A DNA stretch of 63,979 bases, filler included, from Bipalium vagum (taxonomy: Eukaryota), in the NCBI GenBank assembly GCA_037834085.1. It is 3 parts of 3 records of this genome, joined end to end, with 100 filler letters (N's around TTAATTAATTAA, not from the genome) between each part and the next. Parts side by side here need not be neighbours in the genome. Positions count along the whole stretch, not along the records: positions 16,077 to 46,289 come from JBBMKC010003223.1; positions 46,390 to 63,979 come from JBBMKC010060475.1; 1 more part is not named here. One strand, written 5' to 3'. The notes beneath the pieces were generated by a model. The model made no database searches, was not told the DNA's origin, and saw only the letters and a program-made list of their open reading frames with translations. Each line of letters begins with the position of its first letter. The first letter of the stretch is position 1. A program made the translations under genes and the position numbers. Shown piece by piece: positions 39,914 to 54,300 of this stretch.

Positions 39914-42208
39914 TATAATAAATTATCGTTTCTGTTTATATAATATTACAGATCTTTTATTTTTATGAAACATTAGATTACCTGGTTCTGAAATTAATGA
40001 AAAGATTTTTTCTTGAACGAACAATAGACCAACTAAACAAAAGTGAAGATGCAAATAAATATTATTGATCTGGTAGATCATTAAACTTTTTATGTTTTGT
40101 TCAGATTACAGATCAATGTTAACATAATTATATTCTACAACTAACATAATAAAGATTTATTAGTTCTAATTCTGCAGTCAAGTAATATAAGATGTGTAGG
40201 CCATATATAATAAAAATAATAATTTATATTCTGATGTATTGAATGTCCATTTTTCTTCATAAAAGTTATGATTTCCATTATTGGGTTTTGTAATTTTAAT
40301 GAAGTCCGATTCATATTATTGAACGAATGTGAACAAATCCAATCAATCTACCACAAGTCTGTAAAGAGATTATGATCGTAAAATTAAAATATTATTAATT
40401 ATAATTTTATTTATTCTTAGTGTCAATTCACTTCTTTACTTCTGATAAATATTGAATTTTACCCAATCAAAAGTCATATATATTTAGGAAAATAAAATTA
40501 ATGTTCACAATCGATTAGTCAAAAAATAATAATTATATTTTGATAATTTATCTCTGTTTTTGTCACATTTATATCCTATAAATTTTGTAACTTGTAGTTC
40601 GTGATAAATTTATGATCCAGTAACTTGCGTTATTAGTGTGCTCATCTCAAAAATGAATTAAAATAACCACTATAAGCTTTATTTTTTTATAACAATACAA
40701 TAATAGGTCAATCGCCAAAATCATGTGTATACTACTTAGACGATTGAAACAATTACAGAAACACTTCAGGTGAAAAACCGAATAGTCAGTTAATAGTTTG
40801 TACAAATCAAATACTCAACTGGCTTAATAATCAATGACTGATAAATATCAAATAATGAAAGGTCAAAATAATCAATGATTTGTAACTATTGAATAATCAA
40901 AATCAATGACGTTAATTATTGAATAATGAAAGAATCAAATATTGAATAATAAAGAAAATCAAATAATAAATCACTGTTAAAAATTTTTGGATCGTTAGAT
41001 AAGCCAAACTGGTGTGCTTATAAACAACCGAACAACACATGGCCCATCGTTGAATCCTGTGGCATTAAATTCATAATAAGAAATTTGACAACCTGAAACA
41101 AATCAATCTTCTGACTTAAAATAAATCATATGATCACGTTTTAATTTGAAAAAACATTGAAACAGTTAAAGGTTGTATCAAAATCTTTAGAATAAAAAAA
41201 ATTTGAAATGTGATATTGGTTTGGTGTGCAAGAAATTGAGATAAAAGAATACGTTTATTTTTAATATTTTGAAGGTTAATAATTATTATATAAGGTCATA
41301 TGAAAGACATGGGGGAATAATATGAGACATAAAAGTGGAATATATTTTTTTTTATATTGGGTAGGGAAAAAATGTAATTGCTGACTTTTTGAAGAAATAA
41401 AAGATATGAAAGTATTTTCTTACAAAATAAAATATATTTATACAAACACAAATAGTTAAATATTATTTCCATATTTCACAATTAACTCCTGTAGGTTCTT
41501 TTTCAAGTGATCAAAGATTGGATTTTGTCATTTCATTTTTCATGAAACTTTTCACATATCCGGTAATTAATATTCGGAAACTGCGTTTTCTCCTGTCAAA
41601 TTTCATACTATAAATACGGATATACCCGATAAGTTCATATCTGGCAAGTAATGGCGCTGCTTTATAAATTTAATTGTATTTTTTTATACAATAAAATACA
41701 TAATCATAGAATTCTTGTGTCATTGAAGCCGTATGAGGACCACAATTTTCATATATTAGGTTTTTCGATATCTAAAAGCTTCTTCAAAAATTTAACACCG
41801 CGTTCTGCATTAATGGACAACATATGGTTCAAAACCTGAAAGCGAAAATTGTAGAAAAATATTACAATGATTGATTAAATTATTAGGGACACTTGAAATT
41901 TAGTTTAGAAATATTTTTAAACGTTTGCGTGCAATAATAATTATTGTTTAAAGATATTTAATGGTAATTTAAACTCTGCAGAATAAAATTATGGTGATTT
42001 TAACTTTAAATATCGAAAATTAATGAGTACGAAATGGTTTTGAACGTCCGTGTGTCATTTTTGGGGAATATACACAACTTCTGAAAGTATAAACTGCAAG
42101 TTCAAAAACTTAATTTTGATAAAAAAAAAGCTAAACCTTATTTTTAGTATAATTAGACCAATAATCTATCGTAATCAACTTATCTGATTAAAGTGCTGTT
42201 TAAATATA

Positions 42209-42575
42209 CAGGGTGTTTATAATGTATGTTAACATACATTATTTTTAAATTACAAGTTAAAAAATAAAGGTATTACAAAGTTGTTTATATGAATTAAAAG
42301 TTAAATAATCCATTTAGCTAATTTTAAAATAAAATGGTTTTTCGATGGAAAAAAGAATTCAAATTGTTGTATGGAACTCCAAATTTGATAATTTTGAAGA
42401 AATAATTAGGCATTGGAAAAAGAAGTTTATCACTCCACCACCAAGTAGGCAAACAATTAAAAAAATAATGGAAAAGTTTAAGAAGACTGGAAGTGTTGAT
42501 GACCAAGTAAAATCCGGCCGATCTCAATCCGTATTAACAACGAAAACAATTTAAAGAGTGAAAAGAGTGTACAAA
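42209..42575 (+). mobile_element. Tc1/mariner 5' fragment, DUF4817-type N-terminus
   Basis: TA-CAGGGTGT terminus; PPPSRQTIKKIMEKFKKTGSVDDQVKSGR. Confidence 0.75.
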
Positions 42576-42599
42576 ATGTGTACAGAGATAGACCTCATA

Positions 42600-43531
42600 C
42601 AATCGCTGAGCCCACAGATAAAGATTATTATGTCATAGGTCAGTTATCAAACCGCGCTTGACTATTGACATGAAGAAAAACCAGCCTACAATGGAGTTGA
42701 AAATTTGAAAAATGGACTGTGAAAAACTTGAATAAAATAAGAATGTCTTATATTCTATGTCAAAGTTTAAAATTAGAGATGTTTACTAAATCTGCTTTTC
42801 GGTTAAAGAAAGTTTTCAAATTCTTTCGGATAAAAGTAATTTCTTACGATGTGACCCAGCAGGGAAATTAAAAAAGTTAAGAAATTTCCAGTCTTATGGT
42901 TTGGTCTTTCATTTGTAGTAATGATATAGAATTTCTTCAGGGAAGAATGAAACTAGATCAATACCGACAGACTTTTAAGGTTCGCCTATAATTCCAGAAA
43001 ACTTTATGGTACTCAGAAGGTCAGGATTTCCTATTTATGTATTATTCAGCCCCTTGTCATAAAGCAAAAATTTTTAAAGCGTTTCTGGAATAAAAAACGA
43101 ATAGATAATCTGCAATGGCTTGGCAATTCACAAGTCATGAACTATACTGAAAACGTGTAGAAGATTACCAAAAAGAAAATGACGAAAGAAGACATCACAG
43201 ACAAATAATCTCTTATTTTAAAGTTAAATCAAGTTTGGCATGACTCTTCTTATTTAAAAGAAAATATAAAATCATACATTAGTAGCATGACAAATGGTAC
43301 TATGGCTCTTATAACAGTAATAGGTGATATTATAAAAATAATAGTGTAATCGATGAATTTTTCCTTTATTGTATGTTTATTAATATATATGTCTGTTTTT
43401 TATTTTATTGTTTTCCTTATCATAAGTTGAGCAGCTTTACAAAAAATAAGCATTAAAATATAAACAAAATTATCGTAAATTTTATTTTATCAAAAAATGC
43501 AGAGGATGCCTAACGAAATGGTCAGTCAGTG
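42600..43531 (+). mobile_element. Decayed Tc1 3' portion
   Basis: SLMVWSFI, WLGNSQVMNYTENV; ...GTCAGTCAGTG terminus. Confidence 0.65.
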
Positions 43532-44595
43532 CATATGAAATGTACTGCCGATATCGTTCTTCTTACTTTTATTGGCTTCTCATGATCAGCACAACCTAAC
43601 ATGCATCATTCTGTCCTGCTTCCTCAGACATGCATCATAATGTTTTCCGATGAACATTATTGTAAAAAATTCATTTTTCATACCCCGTTACGAATTGTTT
43701 CAAAAATGGCTATTTTGTTGGGGTTAATAAGTAATACGCAGATTTCAAAGATTGTCTAATTTAACTTTCTTTAAGTTGGTAAGAAACCTATAAGTCGAGT
43801 TTTTTCATTTTGCAAATATAGTTGATATGGCTTTCGACGGTTGCATGTAAATGCAATTTCACACGTTGTTTTGTGACGTTCCTTATTGATTAAGTCTTTG
43901 ATTTATTCGTCATTTACATCCAAAAGGCACCCAATAGGAAGACAATATTATTATCATTGCGTAGAAAACTTTCTTTTATCGATTTGTGGAAAAAAATTGG
44001 CTCTAATGATTTTTTGAAGAAAAGAAAGCTTTGCAAATGCAGGAATAACATTTTCTTTAGGGTGAACATTATTATACATTGTCAAGGGTTTTCAATTTGA
44101 TCCCATAGCAATCGGTAGTCCTTAGGCGACCTAACAGTAACTAACTGGATTGTGACGTTGATTCGGAATTTTCTTATTATTTTTTTTGTTTTAATTTATT
44201 TTATTTTCAGTTATTATATTTTTACAATTATTGGACAAATGAAGTTTTATCCATTTTCGTTATTTATTAAGTGAGTAACCTATATATCTATACACATATG
44301 TCTTATTTATTGAAAATTTAAAATTGCTTTATACTAAAATATAATAAGAGAATTTTTTTCTTTTTCTAATTTTGAAAATTCTTTTTTTAATTGTATTTTT
44401 AAAATATATTTTCATTACTATGAATAAAAAAATATTAATTAATTATATTAATTTATATTAAATTATAATATTGAAAGGTATTAATACTATAACAATAATA
44501 TTTATGACACACTAAATGAAACCTATTTACAATAAACAAATAACTGTGCGAAATTATTCAGAACTCTTTGTATCAAATCAAAACCAAATAAATTA

Positions 44596-44836
44596 CAGTC
44601 CCCGCCAAAAGTCTTTGGCCACCATGTAAAAAAGCCTAGTTTATCTTTTAGTTATTTATTCTTTAGTTATTTATTTTTTTATTGATAAATTTTGGTTAAT
44701 GACAATAATATTTTGTAGAGAAATCTAAATATACCAGGTTCTTTACATTTGTACTTAATAAATATTAATGACTAGAATCATATAAATGATTTTTTCTAAA
44801 ATTTTAAGAGTGGCCAAAGACTTTTGGCGGGGATTG
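44596..44836. mobile_element. Tc1-family MITE, copy 2
   Basis: Same TIR and terminal segments as 18218-18431; TA flanks. Confidence 0.92.
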
Positions 44837-45639
44837 TAGATTATTGAAACAAATTTTATTCAATTCAAAAACAATTTTCGTAGACATGGTAATAATTTTA
44901 TATAATCTCACTTGTTAAATATTTTTCAATAAATTCTCATAAAATAAAATTACTCTTCGTTCGATAATTTTCTCCAGAATAAGTGTCTCCATAATCTAAT
45001 CTTATCGGTTTTACAAGTAACAAAAAATTCGATTTTTGTTCTTATTTTCATCTTGACCTTATTTCTTAAAAGATTTTAATTTATTTTATAATAAATATTA
45101 AATCTGTTCATTATATATTTTTTATCTGAGCTAGACATGCTACAGGAGATGAAAGTAGCGAATTTAAAGGCAGATTCCATAGATTTTCATTTTATCATTT
45201 GATCATTTGAGATTACTAAAGTTTCAATATACAGTCTTTCAACAACAAAAATTTTTGATAAGAGAAAATTGATTTTACTAATAATAAAAAAGAACAATAT
45301 TGAGTTTATTCCCTAAATTTAATAATACAGATGTTTAATTTTATTACACCCGGTTTTATTTCTACGTAGGACTTCATAATGTCCCCTATAATTTTAATAA
45401 TAACAATTATTATGTTTCAACGATTCCCTAAATATTTTAACCATCTCCATAAACGAGGTAAAACTTGGACCTTAATTTTATTTCTATATTTTATAAAAAT
45501 ATGACTAAAAATGTCATAATTATTTGATTCCTTTATCATTTAACAATTAGGAAAATCATAATGAGCCCAAAATTTTTTCAAACCTTTTTGAATAACTTTT
45601 AATTGAGACTCTAAACTGACAGTTTCCTTTAACAAATTT

Positions 45640-46090
45640 ACTAAAAAGCTTTATATTAGGGAATCAATTTTTATTGTGAGCCATTGCTCTCTTCAAAAAA
45701 TAAGTTCCAGTTTGGTTAACAGAAAAGGAGTTAACCCCATGTGTAAAAAATGACAAAAAACAAATTAAGAAAACTGTGTTTTGAAATCTTGCCATATCCA
45801 CAATATATCCCAGACATCGCAGAAACAGAGTATCATCTGTTCCGCTCAATGGCTCACTTTCTTGAAGGAAAAAATTATGAAAACCTGGACGACGTAAGAA
45901 ATGACTTTAAAACGTTTTTTTATTAAAAAATTACTGAATTTTATGTTTATGGCATTCATTCTTTGGTAGATAGATAGCAGAGAGTATTTGATACTGATGG
46001 AGAATATTTAATCAATTAACTTTATGTTAACAATAAAATTTATTTTGAAGTTTTGTTGATTAAGTACTCATAATTAAATTTGATCAATAA
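45640..46090 (+). mobile_element. mariner 3' fragment
   Basis: EILPYPQYIPDIAETEYHLFRSM, GIHSLVDR*QRV..DGEY. Confidence 0.85.
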
Positions 46091-46289
46091 TATTATTACC
46101 TTTTTTAAAATTTATCAAAAATTACTTATCTTGGTATGACAAAGACACTCGTTGATCATTTTATATTTATTTTTTGTAATTTGAAACATCTCGAGAACTC
46201 ATTATGTTCTACTTTAGGGTATCAAATTTAACCTGACTCCAAAATCTTAGGTGGTGCAAATCAAAACAATCAGTAAAGCAACACGTGTA

Positions 46290-46389
46290 NNNNNNNNNNN
46301 NNNNNNNNNNNNNNNNNNNNNNNNNNNNNNNNNTTAATTAATTAANNNNNNNNNNNNNNNNNNNNNNNNNNNNNNNNNNNNNNNNNNNN
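46290..46389. other. Artificial scaffold join
   Basis: Identical 100-bp spacer. Confidence 0.95.
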
Positions 46390-47010
46390 TTTGATGGATA
46401 AAATATCCGGTAGCTGTTTTCTTGCAGGACATTTTTGTTCTATTATTTTCTTATTATTAACAATAAAATAATTCCCAGAATCGAGAAAGCAGAAATCAAT
46501 GGAAGATTAATTTTTTTACAAATTAATGTAAATAATGATTTTTAAGAAAAAAGTCATGCCTGGTTTTTAATGTTAATGTTTTAAACGACATTGATTAGAT
46601 CAGAATGCGTCAAAAATTATTTAGATCTTCCTATATTGACAATGGTCGGTTTCTAAAATTAAATTAACTGTACTGGTTCTTAATTCAAAGTTAAATGTGT
46701 TTATTGACTAATGACAATAATGTTAGTTTTTATTTGGACCTGTCAAGCTGTACAGTATCTATGGTCATGAATACACATTATTCTCTCTAGTGGACAATGT
46801 TCATAAATTCTGTGGGCCTATTTTTGGTTTAATAATTTCACAGCACTCAACGGGATTATATTCAGGCTAAAATGCTTTCAGAACCTTTTAACGATGATTT
46901 ATTTAAAGTTCTTAAAAAGATGCATTTAATGATTTTTTTAATTAAGTCAGCGGAATGCTGCTTTGGTATGAATTAAGAAACGCAATCTGCCTCCTGAACT
47001 ACCAGGGCGG
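46390..47010 (+). mobile_element. Possible CACTA/EnSpm transposase remnant
   Basis: Frameshifted KLYSIYG..TLFSLVDNVHKFCGPIF, resembling the LYG..H.L.HL.D.V..FGP motif. Confidence 0.35.
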
Positions 47011-48251
47011 TCTTTGCGGGAGGGTAGGGGTGAAGAAAACAGCTGTCATCGGATTTTTGTGGTATATGTTACAAAAAATATAATCTCTAATCATTTTTTG
47101 AGAAAAAATTAAAATAAACATTTTTTTGTCAGCAGATAATTTATTAATTTAATAATATTGTGTAATGAATATTATTATATAGTCCAAAGTAATCAATATT
47201 ATTCTCAAAAACATACTTGCGATATTTTCTGTGAGATTTTAGCAAAATATCAAAATTGATCATATATCAAATGTTTCAAAAACTCACTGAGACCTAAACA
47301 GTAAACCAGATGAAGACAATAATTGATTTTGATGTCTCTTTTATTGTGTACATTTATATTTATGTGATCAAACAGCACAGTAGTGATTATTGAAAGTCAC
47401 ATCCGTGACATCGCAGCAAAACGGACATTCTGTCATTTAGCAAAGACAAAATAGACTAAAGAGAAAAAATGCCAGTGTTATGTTTTATGGATGAAAGGGA
47501 TTATCACTATTGTTAATGACTTAATAATAATAATAAATCAATAATTAGATATCCATTTCAGTGCAACATTTTCCAAATATTTTCCCGAAAAACAATCATT
47601 TAATTTTCTTAAATCATCATTGATTAAATAAATATTAATTTTAATTTCAATTAAATCAATAAAACTATATAAATTTCTATTGGATGAAAACAATTATACA
47701 CATAATAATAAATATATATTGTTTTCCATTTAATAATAATTTCATAATGATAAATTGATATATTGTGCCACCTTTTTTCTAGAGAAATTTACGGAAAAAA
47801 CCCACATTGTTCGTACCATCACAATTGATGGATAAAATTAATGTAAATTTCATTAAATCAATATAATTATTTATCTAATTTCTATTGGGTGAAAACAAAA
47901 TAAAAAAAGATAAATGATAAAGATAACAAGAAAAAAGATTTTTGTAAATCTCCTTTCTCTTTCCTGCATAAATTTCAATTTATCTTCACAGACATTTTTC
48001 ACTCAGACAAAAAACGATTTTCATTGGAATGAGAAATTCCATTCGTGATTTGAAATAGGAGAGACGAACAGTAAACTTATCTTTTATTGATAGTGACAGA
48101 AATTATCAAAAAATCGATGATAATAAATATCAAATAGTACTTTTGTAAAATTGTAAAAATATTTTATTTAATATTAATAATAATTAATCATTAAATCGAC
48201 AAAGTTGTAAAATATTCTTTTTGTTCATCAATTATAATGTAATCAACTCAC

Positions 48252-48329
48252 TTTCGTCCACGGCTAAGCGCAACTTCTGAATTTTGGCCTGGTTTCCGCT
48301 CACTCGATATATTCCGCTGTGATAGAGTC
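48252..48329 (-). CDS. RhoGAP exon: catalytic arginine finger
   Basis: TTTCAG|GLYHSGIYRVSGNQAKIQKLRLAVDE A|GTGAGT. Confidence 0.92.
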
Positions 48330-51300
48330 CTGAAAGACGGAGAAAAAAATGAACAAAAAATCCAATCGTAAAAATCCAAAGGGAAAGCAATAGAAAGTCA
48401 CCTCGCGCCTCAATGGCCAAAATACTTCGAAAGACAAACTCGGGGATTTTGTTCTTTTCCTGTTGACAGAGAATTTCCAGACTTGAACCGAACACGGCTT
48501 CGGCTATGAAGAATAAAGTAAAATCAATAAAAACCACAACAACCACAACAAAACTGTTGATCGATTTTTTGTTATTCGTGTTTTGGTAATCAATATGGCG
48601 GTTAAAGACAGTCTGGGACTCTGTTTCTATGAGAGAAAGAGATGAGAGTGCACAAATAATCTTGTGGGGAAATCAAACAGGAACGAATGAAATGATATCA
48701 AAACTAAAAAAAAACCTTGAATCAGTATATGCAAAAATCAATAAGAAGAAAAACAAGGAAAAAGAAAAAACGAATGAAGGAGAAAGAGGAGTGGATAGAT
48801 AGAGAGAGAAAAGAGTAACAAATAGGTGGAAAGAAAGAAATTAAAAAGAGAAGCGGAGAGGTGGAGAAAGAGATAAAATGAAAGAGAGAAACGGAAAGAG
48901 AAGTAGAGATTGATAGAGATTTAAAAAGGTGAAAGTAGAAGACGAGAAGAACCCAGATCATCCGCGGTACATTGCGCCCAAGCCGATAATATTTACATAT
49001 CTAATGCATACGTTTCAGAATGCCGCGAGCTTCAAGGCTCTCGGGCGACGGGCGGATTTTGAGAAATTGCTTCAAGAGCAACCTGATGGTCTGCTTGTCG
49101 CCAACGGAATCATCAATGCAGGCAGTGTCTTGTTAGTGGGGATTAAAATAAAGCATACGCCTATAATATGCCAAGAACACACACAAACACACACACTCAC
49201 CGAGCAGCTTCTTGTCGGACGTGACGACCACCGTGCTGGGCTTCTCCGAATACATGTCTTCATTCTAAAAACGTTCTCAATTCAAGATTAATAGCCCCCC
49301 TTCAAATTCACATCCCATCACCACCACAACCCCCCCCCCAATTCGGCGTGTTCCTAACGTACCTTCCAATCTTTGGCGAATTGTAACGCCATTTGCCACG
49401 TTCTCATTTCTTCGGCCGAGCTAAATCGCAACAGATACGTTATGTTGGAGCCCGGAGCACCGGTGTCTTCCATTTGCAACACGGTTCCCGGCTTGCTGCG
49501 GTTATCAACTGTGGTTGTCGATTTGTCTGTGAATTGAAGATTTTGTATTTTCAATTTCAATTCCGTTTTACCGGGATGAAGTCCCGATTTCTAAATGTTA
49601 ATCAATTGTTTTCATTTGACTTTCTATTTCTTCATGCTGAAAAATCAATACCGAAACAGATGCTTTGAAATCCTTATAAAAGAACAGTTCTGGTCCCGTG
49701 AGTACCATGTGAAACTTCAACCACTTTCTCGGTAACTCCTTACCGTTTTCGCTTACTTTGGCCTTTTCCACTTGTCCCGATCTCTCCGTTCTCTAGATTC
49801 AGGTTTTATTTTATTTTCAATTTCACAATACAAAAAATCAATAATATATTTACCATTAATTTGTTGAAAAGTGGTCCCGAAATATGTTCCTTCTTAATAT
49901 TCCGAATTCCATATTTTTTAGTGCCTCCCTGAAAGTAAAAAAAACTGGAACGGAATATTGTCAATAGCGACAGAGAGATCGGCAGAAAAGTTTTTTTAAC
50001 AGTTATTGGGAAAAAACACCCACTGACGTTTCTCAGGCAGAGTTTCGAGATAACAGAGACCGATCGATTACAACGTTGACAGTTGTAAAATATTGTTTTA
50101 AGATTAACAAAATATTGATTGTATAAATATCATAACCGGCCAATCCAGAGGCGAGAAATCGGTCATTTAAAATAGGCCAAGTTCATTAGTTGTACAAGGT
50201 TGAAAATTGATCAGATTTTCACACATTAATCTGTTGGGGTGAGATTTTGATAGAGAATTCATTATTACAAACCAAACGAAGAAAAATTAAGATATCACAT
50301 AAGACAACTGAGAAAAGAGGTCGAAGTCTCATAAGTAAAGGGCGTCAAGTAATTTGAAAAAATGTAATTTAATTGGAGTGCCATTTATGTGTTTTTTTAT
50401 GATAAGCTAATTTAAATTTATTGACCATGACAATGTGTATTAGTAATTGTTACATCATCAGCCACGATAAAGACTTTACAATATATTAATAATATTAACT
50501 TTTATTTCTTTGACAATCTGTCTTCTGATAATTTTCAAATTCGCAATCTGAATTTCTGATAGTCAAACTAAATTGATCACTAACTTCTCCTAATAAATCT
50601 TAATTTTGTAACTTTATTAATTATTGCACTCATCAATTTTATTTTAAAAGTTTATGTGCCATAATTAAATATTTAAAATCTCTTAGTATATCTTAAAAGT
50701 ATAATCTTTTGAACATAATCGATTTATTTTTCAAATAAAAGGCTTTTTGTCAATGAGAACAAAATTAGTTAAAATATTTATTATTATGATACACGTTTCG
50801 AACATTTTATCTGTTTTTCTTCACTCATTAATATTTAATATTATACTTTTTATTTAACAAAATTCTGATTGGATACAATTTTTTTTATTGATTATTACTA
50901 TTAATCTTTAATTAACCAGAGAAAACAGTTAACGTCCATTGGTTTTTTCTTTCCCCTGTTTGGATATTAATCTTCGGATCTTTTATTAATAATGATTTAG
51001 AATTCTTAAAAATCTTAGATTTTAAGATTTTCAATTAATGCATTGACTTCTTAACTTAACCATATTTTTTTACTAACCTTTCAACAGGAAAATTAAAAAT
51101 TGTTATGTTTATTATAATGCAAATAAAATACGAGTTCATAATAGAATCTGATTGGTTAGCAGCATTCAGATCCACAAATATTTCATTTTATGACAATGAA
51201 CTGGACAAAAGCAAGGATAAAGATAATTTTAGAGATTCAGAATAAATGAATAGAATCAATTAATTAATTAATGAAATCACAAAACTCGACAAGAATATTT

Positions 51301-54300
51301 TCTGAAAAAACTGATTCGAGATTAAGAGTTGGTATTAGACGTTTTTAATAAAAGGAGAAAAGAAACTTTTTCTTTAAAAAATCAATTTATTGAAATCTTT
51401 GCTCAATTTACTAATTGATCTTAAATTAAAATTCAATAATTTTAAAATAATATATAATAAATAGAGTGATAATGATTAAAACTGTTANNNNNNNNNNNNN
51501 NNNNNNNNNNNNNNNNNNNNNNNNNNNNNNNNNNNNNNNNNNNNNNNNNNNNNNNNNNNNNNNNNNNNNNNNNNNNNNNNNNNNNNNNNNNNNNNNNNNN
51601 NNNNNNNNNNNNNNNNNNNNNNNNNNNNNNNNNNNNNNNNNNNNNNNNNNNNNNNNNNNNNNNNNNNNNNNNTACTATTATCATTTTCCTCTTACTTTAA
51701 ATTACTTATTATTTTTTTTATCATTTTATTATATTATTAATATAAAAAATTAGTATCTTCTTATTCTTATTATTATCATTTTATTATTACTAAATTGATT
51801 TTACGATTATAAAACATCCTCCAATATAAGACCTAATGACTAATTATTATTTACTTTATTAATTATTTATTTATTAATTATTTTGATTAAATAAATATTT
51901 TTAGCAAACTAATATTTGAAGTTTAAAAGTATTTAAGGTTTAGTCTTTTTAGTGTGCTTTAGGTTCAGTATTATTCATCCCTTTATGAGTTAAAAAATAA
52001 AAGGCTACTCAGTCAAATTCAAGATTGATGTTGTTAAGGAATCTCACAACAGGAATATGACAGAGTACTGCAGGAAAAAGAAGATGGATCACTTGTTCGT
52101 AAATAGCGAGCAAATTATGACAGTCTCGTTCTGCAGAATAGTTAGGGAGGGAAAACATTAAGAAGTTGGGAGCAGGGAAGAAGACTGAGCTCAACGAATT
52201 GGAAGATGAGGTCTTTAATTGGATTTTGGGTTGACTAGAGGCCAGCTTGCTAGTTTGGAAATCAGATATCCCACAGTTCGTGCTGAAGCTTGCAGATGGA
52301 CAAGTGTTTTCCTCTGATGACTTCAAAGTCTCTCAAAGTTTGCACGACCTGTTTCTCAGTAGATTTGACCTTAGAATAAGGCAATCAACAACTTTTTTCA
52401 ACATGGAAAATGCTGAGATCACTCGCCGTGCATCCGAGCATAAATACTTTAAAGATAGTATTGATTTTAAGAGCTACCAAATATCGGATATCGTAGCTTA
52501 AATAGAAACAGAAAATACATGTAATAAATATAGTAATAATGATTGAAAGACTTCGGAATTACATCAGCTGTCCTTTTTGATCATTAATATTATTGTATTA
52601 TTATTAATATATTACTAATATCAATGATTATTATTTTAAAATTAAATTTCAAAGTGCAATTGGACAAAATCTATTGACTTAAAATATGTAAGTAATATTG
52701 TGACCATGATAAAGGAGAAAATAATCAAGTTAAAAGGGAATTTTCTAAAAAAAATCCCGTTTTTAAATATTAATATCAATTGGAAATCGATTTTTATAGA
52801 AAAATATCCAAAACCAGTCGAAGAGAAATCCTGTTTTGTAAAATAGATAATTTTCCAATTCGCCATGACTCATTGTTTCGCTGTCAATGACGTCACAATA
52901 GAGCAGTGATAATCGACTGAGTGGGCGACTTTTCGATAAGAGTGGAACCGATAAAACAAAGGCATGCGTGATAATGAAAATGAAATACAAGAGTTTTGTC
53001 CTTTTTCTCAGAGCCACAAAAGATCACGAATTCTCTTTTTATGTTTATTTTTCTAATTAGAATAGAACAAAAAGAGTTCGATTGACTTGAACGTAGAACA
53101 GAAAGCAGAGGAGGATGAGAAGCATGAGAAGGAGAATGATATTTCTTGAAGTATTTTGTCTACTATTTAACAAAGGAAAGAGCATCAATCTCTGAAAACG
53201 ATCGTCCCCACCATCAGCCAATAATAATCCATTGAAATCAGCCAATGAAAGCGATTGAAATTGGTCTAGACAGGGAAATCAATCATCATACTTTAGTGAT
53301 GACGTCCAAGGTTTCATCAGATTGTTCTGTGAACATGCTCTCGGTAGCGCTTGTCTTCTCTGAACTATTGTCATCGAAACAATCGATTGGGCTACTTTCT
53401 TGTGTTTCATTGACGCTTACGAACACTTCATCAACTGCTTCGACTGTTTCCTCTGAGATCTGTTGTTCTTGGCCCGGAAGGTTCCATGATGTTTTCCTCG
53501 ACAATTCGTCGTAAAAATACTGTCGTCCCTCATCATCCAGCGTAGCTCTCCACTAGACAGAAATATAAACATGTCAAAAATTGTTCCGTCATTAATTTTC
53601 ACAATTACTCTTTGCTTTGTAGCCGCATTTATGTAGACTTCTCCATCTTCTTCTGATTTTATCCAAGCATTATTCATGTTGTTATTATTACTATTTTCGC
53701 ACTGTCTTATTTGAACCGTTTCGTCGGTTTCATTTCTAATTTCCGTTTCATGTTTCACGATCACGGGAACAACATTAATCGGTTCTTTCGTTGATTTTGG
53801 TATGTTTCTGATCGATTCATGTAATGTTACTCCGTGACCAAAGGAACTGAATTTGAACGTCTCCTGTTCGTCAGGATCGCAATAGTTTAAATTCAAACTC
53901 AAAATACGATCTTTGATTTCTGACCTTGACCTAGCAACAATATTGAAGATCATTTAAATTTACATCATAAAAAGACATAATCTCGGTGATTTTTTCAATG
54001 TGGAATTTCATGAGAAATGTGTTACAATGTGCAATCGCTTTGTTAGACTCTAGAAAAACGATTTGTTGTTTTACTAATTATTTATTGAATATTTGTTTTA
54101 TTTTATCTCTTATTAAACAATTTACCATAGAAAAAAATGAATTGAAAATTAATGCTTAAATGAGTTAGTTAAACATTTTTTGATGCTTAAAAATTTCTTA
54201 ATTTTTTATTTATCTAGTTAAAAAATTATTGATTTATTTAATTAAAAATATTCATTTTTGTTATTAAGGTAATTATTATCATTTAATATCAATATTATCA

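Noticed and set aside
48722-48961. Hydrophobic 79-aa ORF
   Set aside because: Translation of an intronic CT-rich tract.
48929-49668. Plus-strand ORFs of 120 and 91 aa (also 53245-53514)
   Set aside because: Antisense shadows of GC-rich RhoGAP exons.
53160-53291. TGA-only read-through frame after the WW exon
   Set aside because: Follows a good GTATGA donor and gives an implausible Trp-rich peptide. It shows that TGA-only runs arise by chance in this genome.
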